From positions 1 through 48,086 of the forward strand of contig NW_021824663.1 of NCBI RefSeq assembly GCF_006345805.1: a DNA stretch of 48,086 nt, in the 5' to 3' direction. The stretch's first letter is position 1. Each line of letters opens with the position of its first letter. Below, one piece after another: positions 23,900-38,406 of this stretch. The notes below the pieces were generated by a model. It saw nothing but the letters and a program-made list of their open reading frames with translations, searched no databases and was not told where the DNA came from. The translations under genes were made by a program, and so were the position numbers. Origin of the DNA: Octopus sinensis. Lineage: Eukaryota.

Positions 23900-25398
23900 A
23901 ATGCCGTTCTTATTGACTATCAATTGACCATCAAGATTGGTAAGGTCAAGAAACATAGTTTAAGACACGGAATCTTTTGCCAACTACATCTCCTAATTCA
24001 TAAACTGACGCCATTATTTCTAAGATAAAGATTCCCTTGCAGTAGAAAGAAATAATTCCTCATCTGATAATTCCTCAGTTCTGTCATTAGACCAATGAGA
24101 GTTACAATTGATGGCCGTCCAGCCTTCCATGCACTTGCTATTCTTTGTTGGATTGCGTATTTTCATATTGTGATTGTGTTTCAGTGTGTGTATGTATTCA
24201 TACATGCATGCATATATATATATATATATCTATATATATATATATATATAGTTGTGTGTGTGTGTAAATATATATATGTGTATGTGTATATATATATATC
24301 TTCATGTTTGTGTTTGTGTGCATATGCATTTATATATATGTATAGCTCTTTATCTCTCTCTCTCTCTTTTATATATATATATATAATATATATATGTATA
24401 TATATATATATCTGTATAAGAACACACATGAAAACATAGTCACCCACATGTTATATATTTATGTATGTATATATATGTATAGATACTTACATATAGACAT
24501 TATATATACTTATACACACACACACACAGAGTCACTCACTTATATATGCGTACACAAGCTTACATACAAACCTTAGTACATGTATGCTGATATATATATA
24601 TGTATATATTCATCTGTCTGTCTATATGGATGTGTTAATATGTGTATGAGTATATTTCTATCTACGTCTTGAAAGGTACACACACACACTCACACACACA
24701 CGAAGACATACACAAACGCTCATAATCTCAAAGATATACACACACGCCCACAGATAGAAAGACGCACAGACACAAGACGTAGACACACACATATATTCAT
24801 TTTCTACACATCTCAAAACACACAATATTAGTAGAGACACAGAAAGACGTAGATATACAGAAGACCTCGCATCAAACAGTTTTCCGATATACCCACGATG
24901 GATCTCTGGTTACCGATCTGATTTATAATGTTTGGATCAACTGAAAACAGTAAATCTATTTGGATTTATGTTCGATTTGAAAGATTAAAGATTTAATCTT
25001 GATTTACTCGTAGTTTCTTTCTATATCCTTATACGATGTTTTAATTTAATGAACATGGAGAAACAATAAAATGGATGAAAAGCTTACGTGTCTACATTCA
25101 TACTTAGAATCAGATAGACGTACACCAAAACACGCTCTAGCTCATAGACGGACATGCACAACAGACAAAAACACTCACTCACGTACACACACACACACAC
25201 ACACAGACACACACATGTGCATATCGATATTGTTTCCTGAACAAAAGATGGAATTTAATAGTATTGGTTTCTGGCATGAAGAACGATTCTCTGCCTTGCA
25301 ATAACTATAAAAATGAGCAATATATACTTCTCTATCATTCTATCTATCCATATACATATATACCATACATATATATGTGACATATATATGTATCTATC

Positions 25399-25456
<58 letters not shown>

Positions 25457-25602
25457 ATCTATATATATATATATATATATATATCTATATATCTATATAT
25501 ATATATATATATATATAATAATATTATATATATATATATATATGATATATATATATATTATATATATATAGTTATATATATATTATATATATGTATATAT
25601 AT

Positions 25603-25700
25603 ATAGTTGATTATAGAAAAACCAAAAGACGAAGACAAGTGTATGAACAACAAACAGGGGTATTAGTTGACGCTCTGGAAAATGGAAGACCTTTACTTGG
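25603..25700 (-). mobile_element. P2-related 3' end fragment
   Basis: tagttga...aaaagacg...gtattagttgacgctctggaaaatggaagac aligns with 38986-39080. Confidence 0.55.
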
Positions 25701-25833
25701 TGCCAACATACGAATATCCCAGCCTTTGAGGAACTTTGTATCTTCTGATGATTATGATAAAAACAAATGATACATATATTCATGTTTTGAATTCTACTTT
25801 CCTGTTTTCCCCCAGAAACCTATATATACATAT

Positions 25834-26062
25834 AGAGGTGCAATGGCCCAGTGGTTAAGGCAGCGGACTCGCGGTCGTAGGATCGCGGTTTCGATTCCCA
25901 GACCGGGTGTTGTGAGTGTTTATTGAGCGAAAACACCTAAAGCCCCACGAGGCTCCGGCAGTGGGTGGTGGTGATCCCTGGGGTCGATTTGTTCAACCAA
26001 AGGCGGTGCCCAAGCATGGCCGCAGTCAAATGACTGGAAAAAAAAAGAAAATAGAAAGAATA
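25834..26062 (+). mobile_element. Chimeric SINE: family C head fused to family A tail
   Basis: C sequence to ...ggtgatccctg (25980), then gggtcgatttgttcaaccaaaggcggtgcccaagcatggccgcagtcaaatgactg (A tail). Confidence 0.85.
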
Positions 26063-26679
26063 CATACATGCATCCACATAGGTGCAGCTAAAGTTGGACA
26101 GGATAAAACATGAATACAGAAAGTAATATACAGTAGCGACAAAGGAAGTATCAATACGTTTCGACTTAAACATAGATGTTCTGTTAGAACAGACTATACT
26201 GCGGTATTTTTCTCGAGAGAAACCCTACCATACGATTTTGATGTAGAATGCACGCCTGTTTGTTTATATCACCAGCAGGGAGATAACTCACGACAAAATC
26301 CAGCACCAAAACATCAACATCACGTTATTTCAATCGTCCTTGATTTCCTCGGTGATGGATGCTCGACCGCTAGAAATAGCAGCTACTCATCTATCCGGTA
26401 GCGATATATAGAAAACCAGTGGCAGAACTGACACTGGGTGTCGCGATTAGCTAGTTAGATTGTTAAAATATATATATATATTAGCGACACAGGCAGATAA
26501 AACAGAAAATAATGTTTTATTGAACCTTGCCAATCATCAGATATTTATATGTGGGTTGTAAGTATTTATAAATATTTATAAGTATTTATATGCCGTTTAG
26601 TAATTATTATATAGCAACTCATTGAAAACCATTTAGAACTGACAGGACAGGATATTATTAGCATACATGAATATTTGTT

Positions 26680-27340
26680 TTTCCGTTACGGTCAATCGCT
26701 TGCCATTCAACAGATTCCTGTTACATGAAATCGTAATAATACCTTTGCAAATTAGCTTTAAATGTTCATTCGATAAGTTTTTGTTTTTTTTAAATAATGC
26801 TTCTTAATCATAGTAATTTTCTAAATACTCACGGCTGCCTGATGATCGGGTTAATGAAACTCAGCTTGTAAAACTCTCCTCAACTTTGGTAGAACATAAA
26901 GTGTGTGTATGTGTGTTTAAGTATGTGTTTATATATAAACGAGCTCCCATATTCTTGCTTAATGAAAGATGACAAACAAACCTCCACAGAGATGAAGACT
27001 TCAGACATCTATAGATCTCGTCAGCGCGTGTACACAGTGGTATGACTGGTAATATTTGACGGAAATCCCCTGGAAGGAAAAACTATTAAGCTCCCACCCC
27101 ATAATGGCAGTAATTTTTCTAATATCTCTTAGTGACCTATCTAGGGCTTGTAGTGTCCCACGGTGTGCCATGCTGCATTCATCCCAGACAATAAGCGTAG
27201 TTTGGAGCGAAACCTCCGCCGTCGATGATCGTTTTGAAATATTTCACAATTGGGCATCGCTGAAGTGAGTTTTCTTGAGCAGTTTTCTTTGCAGCCCTTG
27301 TTTGTGGAAATGAATAAGATTGTCTTCGTTTTGGTGGCAT
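26680..27340 (-). pseudogene. Internally deleted, frameshifted Helitron RepHel (PIF1-family helicase) remnant
   Basis: Manual translation: LIVWDECSMAHRGTLQALDRSLRDIR (~27195-27118), GDFRQILPVIPLCTRADEIYRCLKSSSLWRFVCHLSLSKNM (27070-26948), LLNGKRLTV (~26700); possible N-terminus MPPKRRQS at 27340. Confidence 0.85.
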
Positions 27341-29427
27341 GGATGAAAAGAACGAACGATTAAGGAATATATAAGATAGAAGACATAGCAATCTGAAGTG
27401 GTGCATTGTATGATTTCATTTTTTAGTAACGAACGAAGAGATGTGGAAAAATCCACATGTCAATTTATAAACTGTTATTATGAGAAGCGGTAAACTCTAA
27501 ACGATTTAGCTATGGTCTGTGTTGATAAGCGTAACGCCTTCTGTTAGCTGATATAGAGTGGAGTGGATTACTGGCATAATGGAAGTTATTGTTTGTCCAG
27601 AAGTGAAAAGGAAGGGTACAATCTGCATGAAAGTAATTTATGTTCTTAAGAAAGATCACAAAATATGTCCTGTTACATCGAATAAGAAGGGGTTAATATT
27701 ATATTGTTCAGAAATCACGTGTTCAAAAATATAATTATCCCCTATCCCCACTCAAATTTCCTAACTTTTAACTGTTTTTCTAATTTTGTTTTAATCCACG
27801 TAGAAAAATACAGAGATTATGAATCTGGGAAATATAATTTAATCTTCAAAGTATAGTTTTTCTGAAAGAAATACTGTCTGTCCCTTCCCCCATCTCTGCC
27901 AGCCATAGTTACCCGCTTTCGAGCGAAATACAAATTACCTGTAGGGAAAAACATAGGAATGTGAGTAAATTGAGGAAAGAAATAAAGGTGGGGGTACGCA
28001 AATGACATCTCGGACATGCTAGAAACAACAGGTAAAGAACAAGATTTCTGAGATAGCTTCCTTGTAAGTTTCAATGAAAGATCAGGTTTTCACATACGCT
28101 TCTCAGAAACAAGAATGACAGAATAGAATAAGATAATCTCCGTAGGATTTTGAGCTGTAATTTAGCGCACAGCAAGAAACAACGTAATTCATGCAGAACT
28201 TTAACTGTGTGTGTGCCAAAGAAAGTTATTTTTGCATACCTTTCTTAATTCCAAAAGAAGGAAATGAAGTTAGTGAAGTTGTAAACATGTTGACAACATA
28301 ACGTTTTTGTACATTATAATGAGAAATTGAAAGAGAGAGATAATGCCTAATTCTACGCATGTGTGAAATATGGGACGAAAGTGAAAATGACTGAAAATTA
28401 TGCGATTCGATCTCGTTTCTGAGATACTCAACATCTCCTTCTCTCCTGCTTCCCCCTCTCTTTGTGCCAGCTTTTTTACACCTTCACCTATAGAACATAC
28501 ATATAGTATCAACTTTCTGACATCTTTCTTTCACTTTCAACTATAGATATGAAACATCAGCATTTCTATAGAAACTTGTTTTCTGTCTCTGTTTCTTTCT
28601 CTTGTCTTTCTGTTTTTCTCTCGCTCATTCCGTAAAATAAAATTTTATTTCTTTATGCTTTGAAGACAGCAGAAATTGAAAGAAAAGAGAAAGCGAAAAG
28701 TCGAGAGAGAGAGAGCAGAAAGTAAAGCAGATGAGAAAGTGGAAGATGTACATATGTGTATATGAAATGGACGTGCATGTGTAGGTGTATGTGTGCGTGT
28801 GTGTGCCAGAGAGAGAAAGAGAAAGAGAGAGAGAGAGTGTGAGTGAAGGTGTGTGTCGTGATGACGCATGTCTTTTAAGGTACACACTATTACAGAAAAT
28901 GTGACGAGATCGTCGTCGTATAAAATGTTTACGATAGTTGACTTGTGGAAAAGATAATAGTTTTAATTTTCGTAATGCAAATATATGAATGAAAATAAAG
29001 TTTAGTTGGTAGCTGAAAGAGTACTGCATCATTTGATACCCCATACGTCAATATCGGTAACTTGGTTTTGGAATGCATTAGGAACATACACACACACATA
29101 CACATACAAATTCTCTTTTATAAATATACTTTATGGTTATATATATATATACACACATACAGATACACACACACACACACCACACACATACACACACACA
29201 CAACACATACACACACACATACGTATTTTTCATTCGTTGATGATATCCTGTACTTATTGTGTATGATTTTGGTATTTTTTTCCTGTACTTATCTCTTGTA
29301 TTTACGTATTTTCACTTGATGGTGATGTCCTATACACAACGTGTATTTTTCATTTTATATATATATGTGTGTGCCTGTGTGTATAAGAGACCAAAAGTGT
29401 ATGTACGCCGCTGTATGTATATATATA

Positions 29428-29975
29428 AAACAAAACAAACGTAGCAGACAACAACAAAACAATGGGACAGTTAGACGATACAAAAAATACTTCTACACCT
29501 TTGCCCTAACCTCTCTCCTCTCCTTCCACGTGACCGGTATTCTGCCAAGCCAGACCTTTCTTTCTTGGTTCAACAACCATCCGTGTATTCCTTCCCATGA
29601 CTTTCATCTCCTATATCCCCACCATAAGGCTTCACTTCCATACACACCAGCTTAATTTAATTCGTCCTTAGTCGAAAGACACCTGTTGTTAATGCCCTGT
29701 TGTTTGTATTTGTATTTGTGTAACATTTCCTCGTTTTCTTCGCCCTTGTTTTCGTATACATTCGCTTGGTCTCTTCCAAAGAATCTAGTGCTCTTAGCTT
29801 AGACTTTCTTGGGGCCGACCAAATTGGAGCAGTCTCGGGTGTAACCGGCCGAAACTGCTGCGAAAATCTGGAACTCGACTGAAGATAAAAAACTGCGAAT
29901 GACCCATCCTTATTTTTTTCCTGTTCTTTTTGTATCGTCAAACTGTCCGAATGTTTCGTTGTTACGTTTGTTTAC
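29428..29975 (+). mobile_element. Repeat family X, copy 2, with an inverted copy of its 3' end at the 5' side
   Basis: 29435-29488 is the reverse complement of ~29926-29971; body homologous to 17466-17878. Confidence 0.75.
29813..29885 (+). ncRNA. Candidate permuted/pseudoknotted hammerhead-like ribozyme
   Basis: GGCCG a CCAAATT gga GCAGT C TCGGGT gtaa c CGGCC GAA ACTGC tgcgaa AATCTGG a ACTCGA CTGAAGA. Confidence 0.6.
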
Positions 29976-29976
29976 T

Positions 29977-30007
<31 letters not shown>

Positions 30008-30144
30008 ATATGTTTGTCATTATACATATTCCGTTTAGATATTCTGTTTATTAATTTATCTATATTTCGGCATATTCAGCTAATATTCATATTGTATATA
30101 CATACACAGAGACATATACGTTTTTGTTTATTTATATCTGTGTC

Positions 30145-30830
<686 letters not shown>

Positions 30831-31701
30831 TTTTGTATATGTAGATGTATCGTATATATATATATTTGCACTTTGGCAACTAATTACACAGAAACTATAT
30901 TGGATTGTGTACCATTTAGCAATGCTGTTTCCACGCTATTAACAGAGTTATCGTTATAGATCTCCTTTCACTCCCCCGATTCTATCATTGCCATCATTGC
31001 CATTCTCTCCCACCAAGACATCATTTCTCTCTCACCATCTCTCCCCTCTCTCTTTCTCTTGTTGTCTTTGACTATCCTCCTTCTTCCTCTCCTTCCGTTT
31101 CTATATCTATCTAAACATAATTTTTTTTATGCTTCTTAATCATTTACACATTCTCTGACTGTTTGTTGTGAAGCAATTTATATGTTGGCTGTCAACTCGT
31201 TTGTGTGTGTATATATATATTTTTTATCATTCTCTTGTTGTTCAATCAAATAAAACTAGTAATTCCACACACACACACACACAATGCGCATTCACACACA
31301 CACGTGCACATACACAAAGTCACATATAAACATGCACACTTGTGTACCTATACGCATATTATATATCTAATATACATATATATAAATATATATGAGTGTG
31401 TGTGTATATATATATATATGTAATACAAATATAAATGTAATATGCATATAAATATAACTGTTTTATTTATAACACAGAAGCATACATACATGTCATTGTG
31501 TGCGTGTATATGTATGTATACATGCAGACAGAAACACACACACATACACATGTATATGTATGTATATAGGTGTAAGTGGGAGTATTTGTGTGTAAATATA
31601 TTAGTGCCTATATATAGCAATAGGTAACAAGCATTGTGTAATACACACACTTATGTATATTTGTAAATATATATGCATATACATACATTAATACATATAT
31701 A

Positions 31702-31784
<83 letters not shown>

Positions 31785-33581
31785 GCAGCCCCAACATACG
31801 CCAGTAGCCAACAGCCACGCATGCTTACGTATAAACACATAACACAATGAAAATCGTACTGTAAGCAAAATTAACAACAACAACAATTATCATATCAATA
31901 ATAACAAATAAAAATATTCGGGACAATACCAACAATAACTGCAATGAAATCGTCAGCTACAACAACAATAGGAGCAATAAGAAGAGTAATGATAAATACA
32001 ATTAATGAAAAAAAAAAAAAAAGCGAAAGAGAAAAATAAAGCAAAGAGATTAGAACCATATTGTTCGCAAAACTAAACATTCATGTTTCTCCCTTGCACG
32101 TATGTACACATACACTTACATACAAACATATAATTTTACAGACTTTTGCGATCGTAAATACACACACACACACACAAATATTCATACACACACAATCATC
32201 TATACGTTAATATTTTCATATATATATATATATATATATACTTACACAAAGTATCTACCTAAAAACATATACATGCTAGCTCATACTTCCATACGTACAT
32301 GCTTGCATACATTCGCATAAATAAATACGTATGTATACATATGCCATATATATAAATATATCTGTATATATATATATATTCATCTCAGTATCTATCTATC
32401 TATCTATAAATACAGACACACGCGCGCGCACACACACACATACAGAAGCAAACACGTCTCCAGTTGTTCCACATTTAAACACACACACACACACACACAT
32501 ATATACACTATACATGCGCACACACGTACGTGCACACATACACACACATACATATCTACACACATAGACGTCACCCCACTCAATACATCCACACACATTC
32601 CTCATTTACACCTACACATAAATCATTAGCCACACAGCTATACCCATCACAAACACTCCACTCATATATATATAATATATATATATATATATAGATATAT
32701 ATATATATATATATATATATACCTGCTCTCTAACACACACACACACACATATATATGTATACATACATGCATACATATACAAATTTATAACCACATTTAA
32801 GGTAACATCTATATAGACTTCTTACACAGACACACACTTCTAATTCACGCATCACATAACCACATAAACGCACACACATATACATACACAAACACGTAGA
32901 AAAACACACATACACACTCACACATCTGATGCAACATCTACATAAACTACAAACACAGACGTCTAATTCACGCACTTCATCAACATCATATGCGCACACT
33001 CACACTTACACACACACACACACACACTCACACACATACACACACACACTCTCTCATATTCTCTCTCATTCTTTCCCACACACCCTACCCTCAACACCTA
33101 TACACACAATGGCCTCATTTACACATAAGCTATGTTTTACCTCCTTCTCAATTATATTTCATAACTCTTTTATGTTTCGGAAATATTTTAACATTTTTAC
33201 ATCAATTATTGCCTATTTTCCTATCAGCTTCTCTACCAACCTCTTTCTATGCACCTCTATCCCTAGTTTTACTCTTCTCTTCCCGAATCCTTTTGCTATA
33301 CTCTTTTCTATATACTCAGTTCTTTTTTTTATTTTTATGTGTCGCTTGTCTTCACTTTGAAGTTGATAATATTGGTATTGTCAATAATTATATATTTACA
33401 TATATGTTTCTCATTGTAACTCCTCCTCTCTCTCCCGATCTCTGTATAAATATGTGTATATTGTTTATGTGTGTATTTGTGTGTGTATGTGTGTGTATGT
33501 GCGTGTGTGTGTAGACGTCAACGGTTGTTTGAGATTGTGTGTGTATATTACTGTTCATGTGTGTACATTAGTGAGTATGTA

Positions 33582-33636
<55 letters not shown>

Positions 33637-34799
33637 ATGTATATATATATATATACTTACTGTATTTGTATAGATGTCTTTGCAGAAGTAATTGCATAAA
33701 TATATATGTGTGTGTGTTTCTTTATACGTATATACACATATTTATATACATGCATATAATATACATATATATTTTGTAATATTTATATATATATTGCTTA
33801 TATATCTGTATTTTTGTACAAATCTATGTACCTATCATGATCTCTCACTCTCTCTCTTTCGCTCTGTCTGTCTTCACAAAGACACACGCACACAGAGACA
33901 TATATATATATATGTATATATATATATACATATCAATATATGCATATATATGTGTATATATATATATATATATAAATTGTATGTATATATATATATATAT
34001 AAGCATATATATAATCATACATAGAACAAATACATTTCCAAACAAGAAATTTAACCAAATTTAACTGAGATATTAAGAAGTCTACGGAATCAGCATAAAA
34101 CTTTAATATTCTTCGATAAAACAAAACATGTTATGAAACAGAAAATTTTATCAATAACGGAATTTTAAACAACAATTCTAGCCATAATTCTTAAAAGACT
34201 ACAATGATCACTCGCAAAATAAAATATTAAAGCCAGAATATATCGTTCATAAACGTTTTACTTCAGGCTCAGGAGTCTGAGAAGAGATTATATATCTCAT
34301 TTCCAGAACGTAAGTAAGAATTTAATTCCCACCTAAAACGCTGATTGGTTGTTCTCAAGTAAAGCAAGATTAAGTTAATTTGCAAAAGTTCTTAAGCAGT
34401 ATTAGAAACTAAATATTCCTTCCTGCTTTACGTTTTGTGTCCAAATTCTGCCCAGGTGGAATTTGCCCTTCTGAAATTGTAGTTGATAAAATGCAGATAG
34501 TATTGAATACTGAAATCGATGTGATTGCCTAAGCTTCCCCCCCCCCCAATTTACTGGTTACGTGCCAAAATTTGTATCCGGTATTTGAAATGACCGCAAA
34601 CGGCGAGCTGTTAGAATAATAAGCGCCCGACGCAAAATGCTTATCGCCATTTCTTCCGGCTCTAAGATTAAGTGTTGTCGTGGCTGTGTGATAACAACTT
34701 TGCTTCTCTATCACATGGTCCCGGGTTTAGTTCCACTGCGTGACACCTTCGGGAAATATTTGCTACTAAAGCCTCCACCACCACCCTCGACCAAACCCT

Positions 34800-35160
34800 A
34801 ATGAAAGAATACCAAGGGCAAGTACTCCCTCCAGTTCCTGTCACCCTTACTCACAGGTCTATGCTTAGATTTGTACCATTCACCTGTGTCATTTTAGCCG
34901 CTTTCATCCAACTGTGAATAAATTTGCTCGTGGACAGCACCACTCTTTCCACCCCCCAATTCCTTTTCATTTGAAATTTGAAAAAGTCTGCCCAAGAGCA
35001 ATGTCTCTCTCCTCTCCTCGTACTTTTCAGCCTCATCTACTAGAAAACCCCTTTTGCACTAGGCACCAGACAAAGGAAATCTCCATTACATGCCTGGTAA
35101 AAGGAAGAAGCAGAGCAATCTTCACTATGGATTCAGCGGATCGACATATCCGCCTCACAC
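34800..35160 (-). mobile_element. Decayed non-LTR retrotransposon ORF2 C-terminus (L1/Tx1-like, tentative)
   Basis: Minus-strand peptide ...DFFKFQMKRNWGVERVVLSTSKFIHSW...; resemblance to Tx1-type ORF2 ends is from recall, not a search. Confidence 0.4.
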
Positions 35161-35242
35161 GTCACAGTAGTTTTTCGAAATAAATCCGCAAATCAACCGA
35201 TGTTGAAAGTGCTTGCAGCAGTAGAACAGGAAACATATATTA

Positions 35243-35943
35243 GTTTCAAATTTTGGTACAAGGCTAGCAATTTCGGTGGATGAGATAAATCGATAACTTA
35301 GACCCCAGTACTTAACTGGTACTTTATTTATCGACCCCCGAAAGGATGAAAGGTAAAGTCAGACTAGGCGGAATTTGAACGCGTGCTGACTATTCTTTTC
35401 TATTATAGGCAAAAGGACCGAAATTTGGAGGAAGGGGATGGTCGATTACATCGACCCCAGTGCGTAACTGGTACTTTATTTATCGACCCCCTAAAGGATG
35501 AAAGGTAAAGTCGACCTCGGCGGAATTTGAACACAGAACGTACCGACATTTCTATTTCTATTTCTTTAGTACCCACAAGGGGCTAAACACAGAGTGGACA
35601 AACAAGGATAGACAAAGGTATTAAGTCGATTACATCGACCCCAGTGTTCAACTGGTACTTATTTAATCGACCCCGAAAGGATGAAAGGCAAAGTCGACCT
35701 CGGCGTAATTTGAACTCAGGACGTAGCGGCAGACGAAATACCTATTTCTTTACTATCCACAAGGGGCTAAACACAGAGAGGACAAACAAGGACAGACAAA
35801 CGGATTAAGTCGATTACATCGACCCCAGTGCGTAACTGGTACGTATTTAATCGACCCCGAAAGGGTGAAAGGCAAAGTCGACCTCGGCGGAATTTGAACT
35901 CAGAACGTAACGGCGTGCTAACGATTCTGCCAGCTCGCCGCCT
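35243..35943 (-). mobile_element. Cluster of four same-orientation SINE B modules with two tail types
   Basis: tcgaccccagt..aactggtac..tcgacccc.aaaggatgaaagg.aaagtcgacctcggcg repeated at ~35300, 35450, 35635, 35820; only the last keeps the head. Confidence 0.9.
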
Positions 35944-37067
35944 TCAGCAAAGTCGACATCAGCAGGATTTGAATGAACTTAAAACATAAAGAGCCGGAAA
36001 AAAAGGCTGCGAAACATTTTTCCTTTTGTTCGACGCAGTAATGACTTTGCCACCCCACACCCCCACCGCCTACGAGGGAAAATATTCGATGATTAAAACC
36101 TGAAGCTTGCAATAAGGAACCTGTCCAGCTTTTCACCGAAGAATCGGAAGAAATTCTTTCTCCAAACAACTAGCTACTTAACTGGCGCGCAATTTTTCTC
36201 ACCTTGTATACATATTTTTAAATCATTAAGACTATTGTAGCCAATTACATTCCCAACCAGCTATTAATTTTCATGACTACACGCTAACACTCTCGCATAG
36301 AATATGAGCGATTTTTTTTCGGTAATTTTCATATCCAAGATAGAAAATATCTTCAGTATCAAAATAATATTCCTTAACATCGAACGAAAGCACTGCAGTA
36401 AAAAAAACAAAAAAAAACAACAACAAAGCATTAAGATAACACAATGACTCATTAATTATGGTAACTTCATAGTTTGATAATGCCCTATTTTAGAACTAAA
36501 CATTTGTGACTAATAAACTCTGAACTTAGAATCAAATATAGTTAATACATCATTTTCATGCATTAATTACATTAAATAATTTTAAACTCAAGTAAATTCT
36601 CGCTGTTAATTATTTATAACATTTTCGAATTCGTAACATAATTTTGTATCAAAAGCATCAATCTATTATTAAGTTTCATTAAGACATAATTACAAATAGT
36701 TAATTTTATACAGGGCGTTTTCCAGCCTATTCTAATTAAATTAGGTTAAAAGTTTGTATAACCATCACCAGTTCCCCAGTCTAGTTAAACACCTATTTTA
36801 TTTTTTCTACTTAATTCTAATAAGCTTAAAATTTAACCAATAATAATACTTTTTTTTTTTTGTTATTGCCACTTAAACATGGCTGTTCCGTAGGAACCGA
36901 TGTTACTGTTATTTTGAACTCAGGAGGACGGCTCCTCTCTAATAGAAAGTTTCTAGCTAGCTAAAAAGTACTTTTTTTATCCAATGAATTCACTTACATA
37001 TACTTCCACTAAATAAAGTATTACTTTACATAATAACGCTGATTTTACATATAACAAATTACTTTTA

Positions 37068-37280
37068 TTGGTTTCAAATTTTCGCACAAGATCAGTAACT
37101 TCAGGGCAGGGACCAAGTCGATTATATCGACCCCAGTGTCCAACTGGTACTGACTTCAACTCTGAAAAGATGATAAGCAAAGTCGAACTCAGCGATATTC
37201 GAACTCAGAACGTTAAGACTGACGAAATTCCACTAAGCAATTTGCGCAGCGTGCTTAACAATTTTGTATGTGCGCTGCCT
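37068..37280 (-). mobile_element. Diverged SINE B, tail type 1
   Basis: tttcaaattttcgcacaag...atcgaccccagtgtccaactggtac...gaactcagaacgtt. Confidence 0.8.
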
Positions 37281-37506
37281 CACGTGAATGTAATATCTTG
37301 ATTCACCCTTCTATAAAAATATCATGAAATGCAAATTTTTTATGATACACCTGAGGTCATGGTTTCGATTCCTGGAGCAGGCGATGTGTTGTGTTCTTGG
37401 TACATATAGGTAGACTCAACAAAGGAAGTACTCCATCCAATGACAGATGAATATCAAATTTCTCTCTCTCTTTATCTGTCTGCCGATCGATCTATCTATC
37501 TATCTG

Positions 37507-37566
<60 letters not shown>

Positions 37567-37909
37567 CCTATCTATCTATCTAGCTAGCTATCTATCTATC
37601 TGGCTCGCTAGCTATAATTATATAATATATATATACGTGTATGTGTATTTATGTGTGTGTGTGTGTCATTGTTTGTGTTGTTTTTATTCCTCCCCACCAA
37701 CCAGCTTGACAACGTGTGGATTAGATTATATCACCGTAACTGAGCGGTTTGGCAAGAGATCCCGATATAATAACTACCAGACTTAATGAAAAATAAATAC
37801 TAGCATCGATTCTCTCGACTACATTCTTCAAGGCAGTGCCCCAGTTTGGCCACAGTCCAATGACTGAAACACGTACAAGGGATAAAAAAAATGTATACTT
37901 GGGTTTTTT

Positions 37910-38096
37910 TTATGGTTGTTCATGTGTGGTAAGTAGCTTGTTTACCAACCACATGGTTCCGGGTTCAGTCCCACTGCGTGGCACCTTGGGCAAGTGTCTT
38001 CTACTATAGCCCCGGGCCGACCAAAGCCTTGTGAGTGGATTTGGTGGACGGAAACTGAAAAGAAGCCCGTCGTATATATATATACATATACGCATA

Positions 38097-38176
<80 letters not shown>

Positions 38177-38406
38177 TGGGTGTGTTTGTGTGTCTGTGTT
38201 TGTCCCCCTAGCATTGCTTGACAACCGATGCTGGTGTGTTTATGTCCCCGTTACTTGGCGGTTCGGCAAAAGAGACCGATAGAATAAGTACTGGGCTTAC
38301 AAAAAGAATAAGTCCCGGGGTCGATTTGCTCGATTAAAGGCGGTGCTCCAGCATGGCCGCAGTCAAATGACTGAAACAAGTAAAAGAGTAAAAGAGTAAA
38401 AGAGTA
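37910..38406 (+). mobile_element. SINE A (an older A-like tail precedes it at ~37650-37880)
   Basis: tgtgtggtaagtagcttg...ggttcagtccc...(aaaagagt)3. Confidence 0.9.

Noticed and set aside
23900-24180. Possible coding remnant (MEGWTAINCNSHW...)
   Set aside because: Short, interrupted by stops, no recognisable domain
26430-26454. Hairpin plus CTAG resembling a Helitron 3' end on the plus strand
   Set aside because: Opposite orientation to the adjacent helicase remnant and only a 5-bp stem; may be chance
27500-28950. Possible exon or promoter in relatively unique sequence
   Set aside because: Only isolated splice-like words; no coherent ORF or recognisable motif, so it cannot be supported without RNA data
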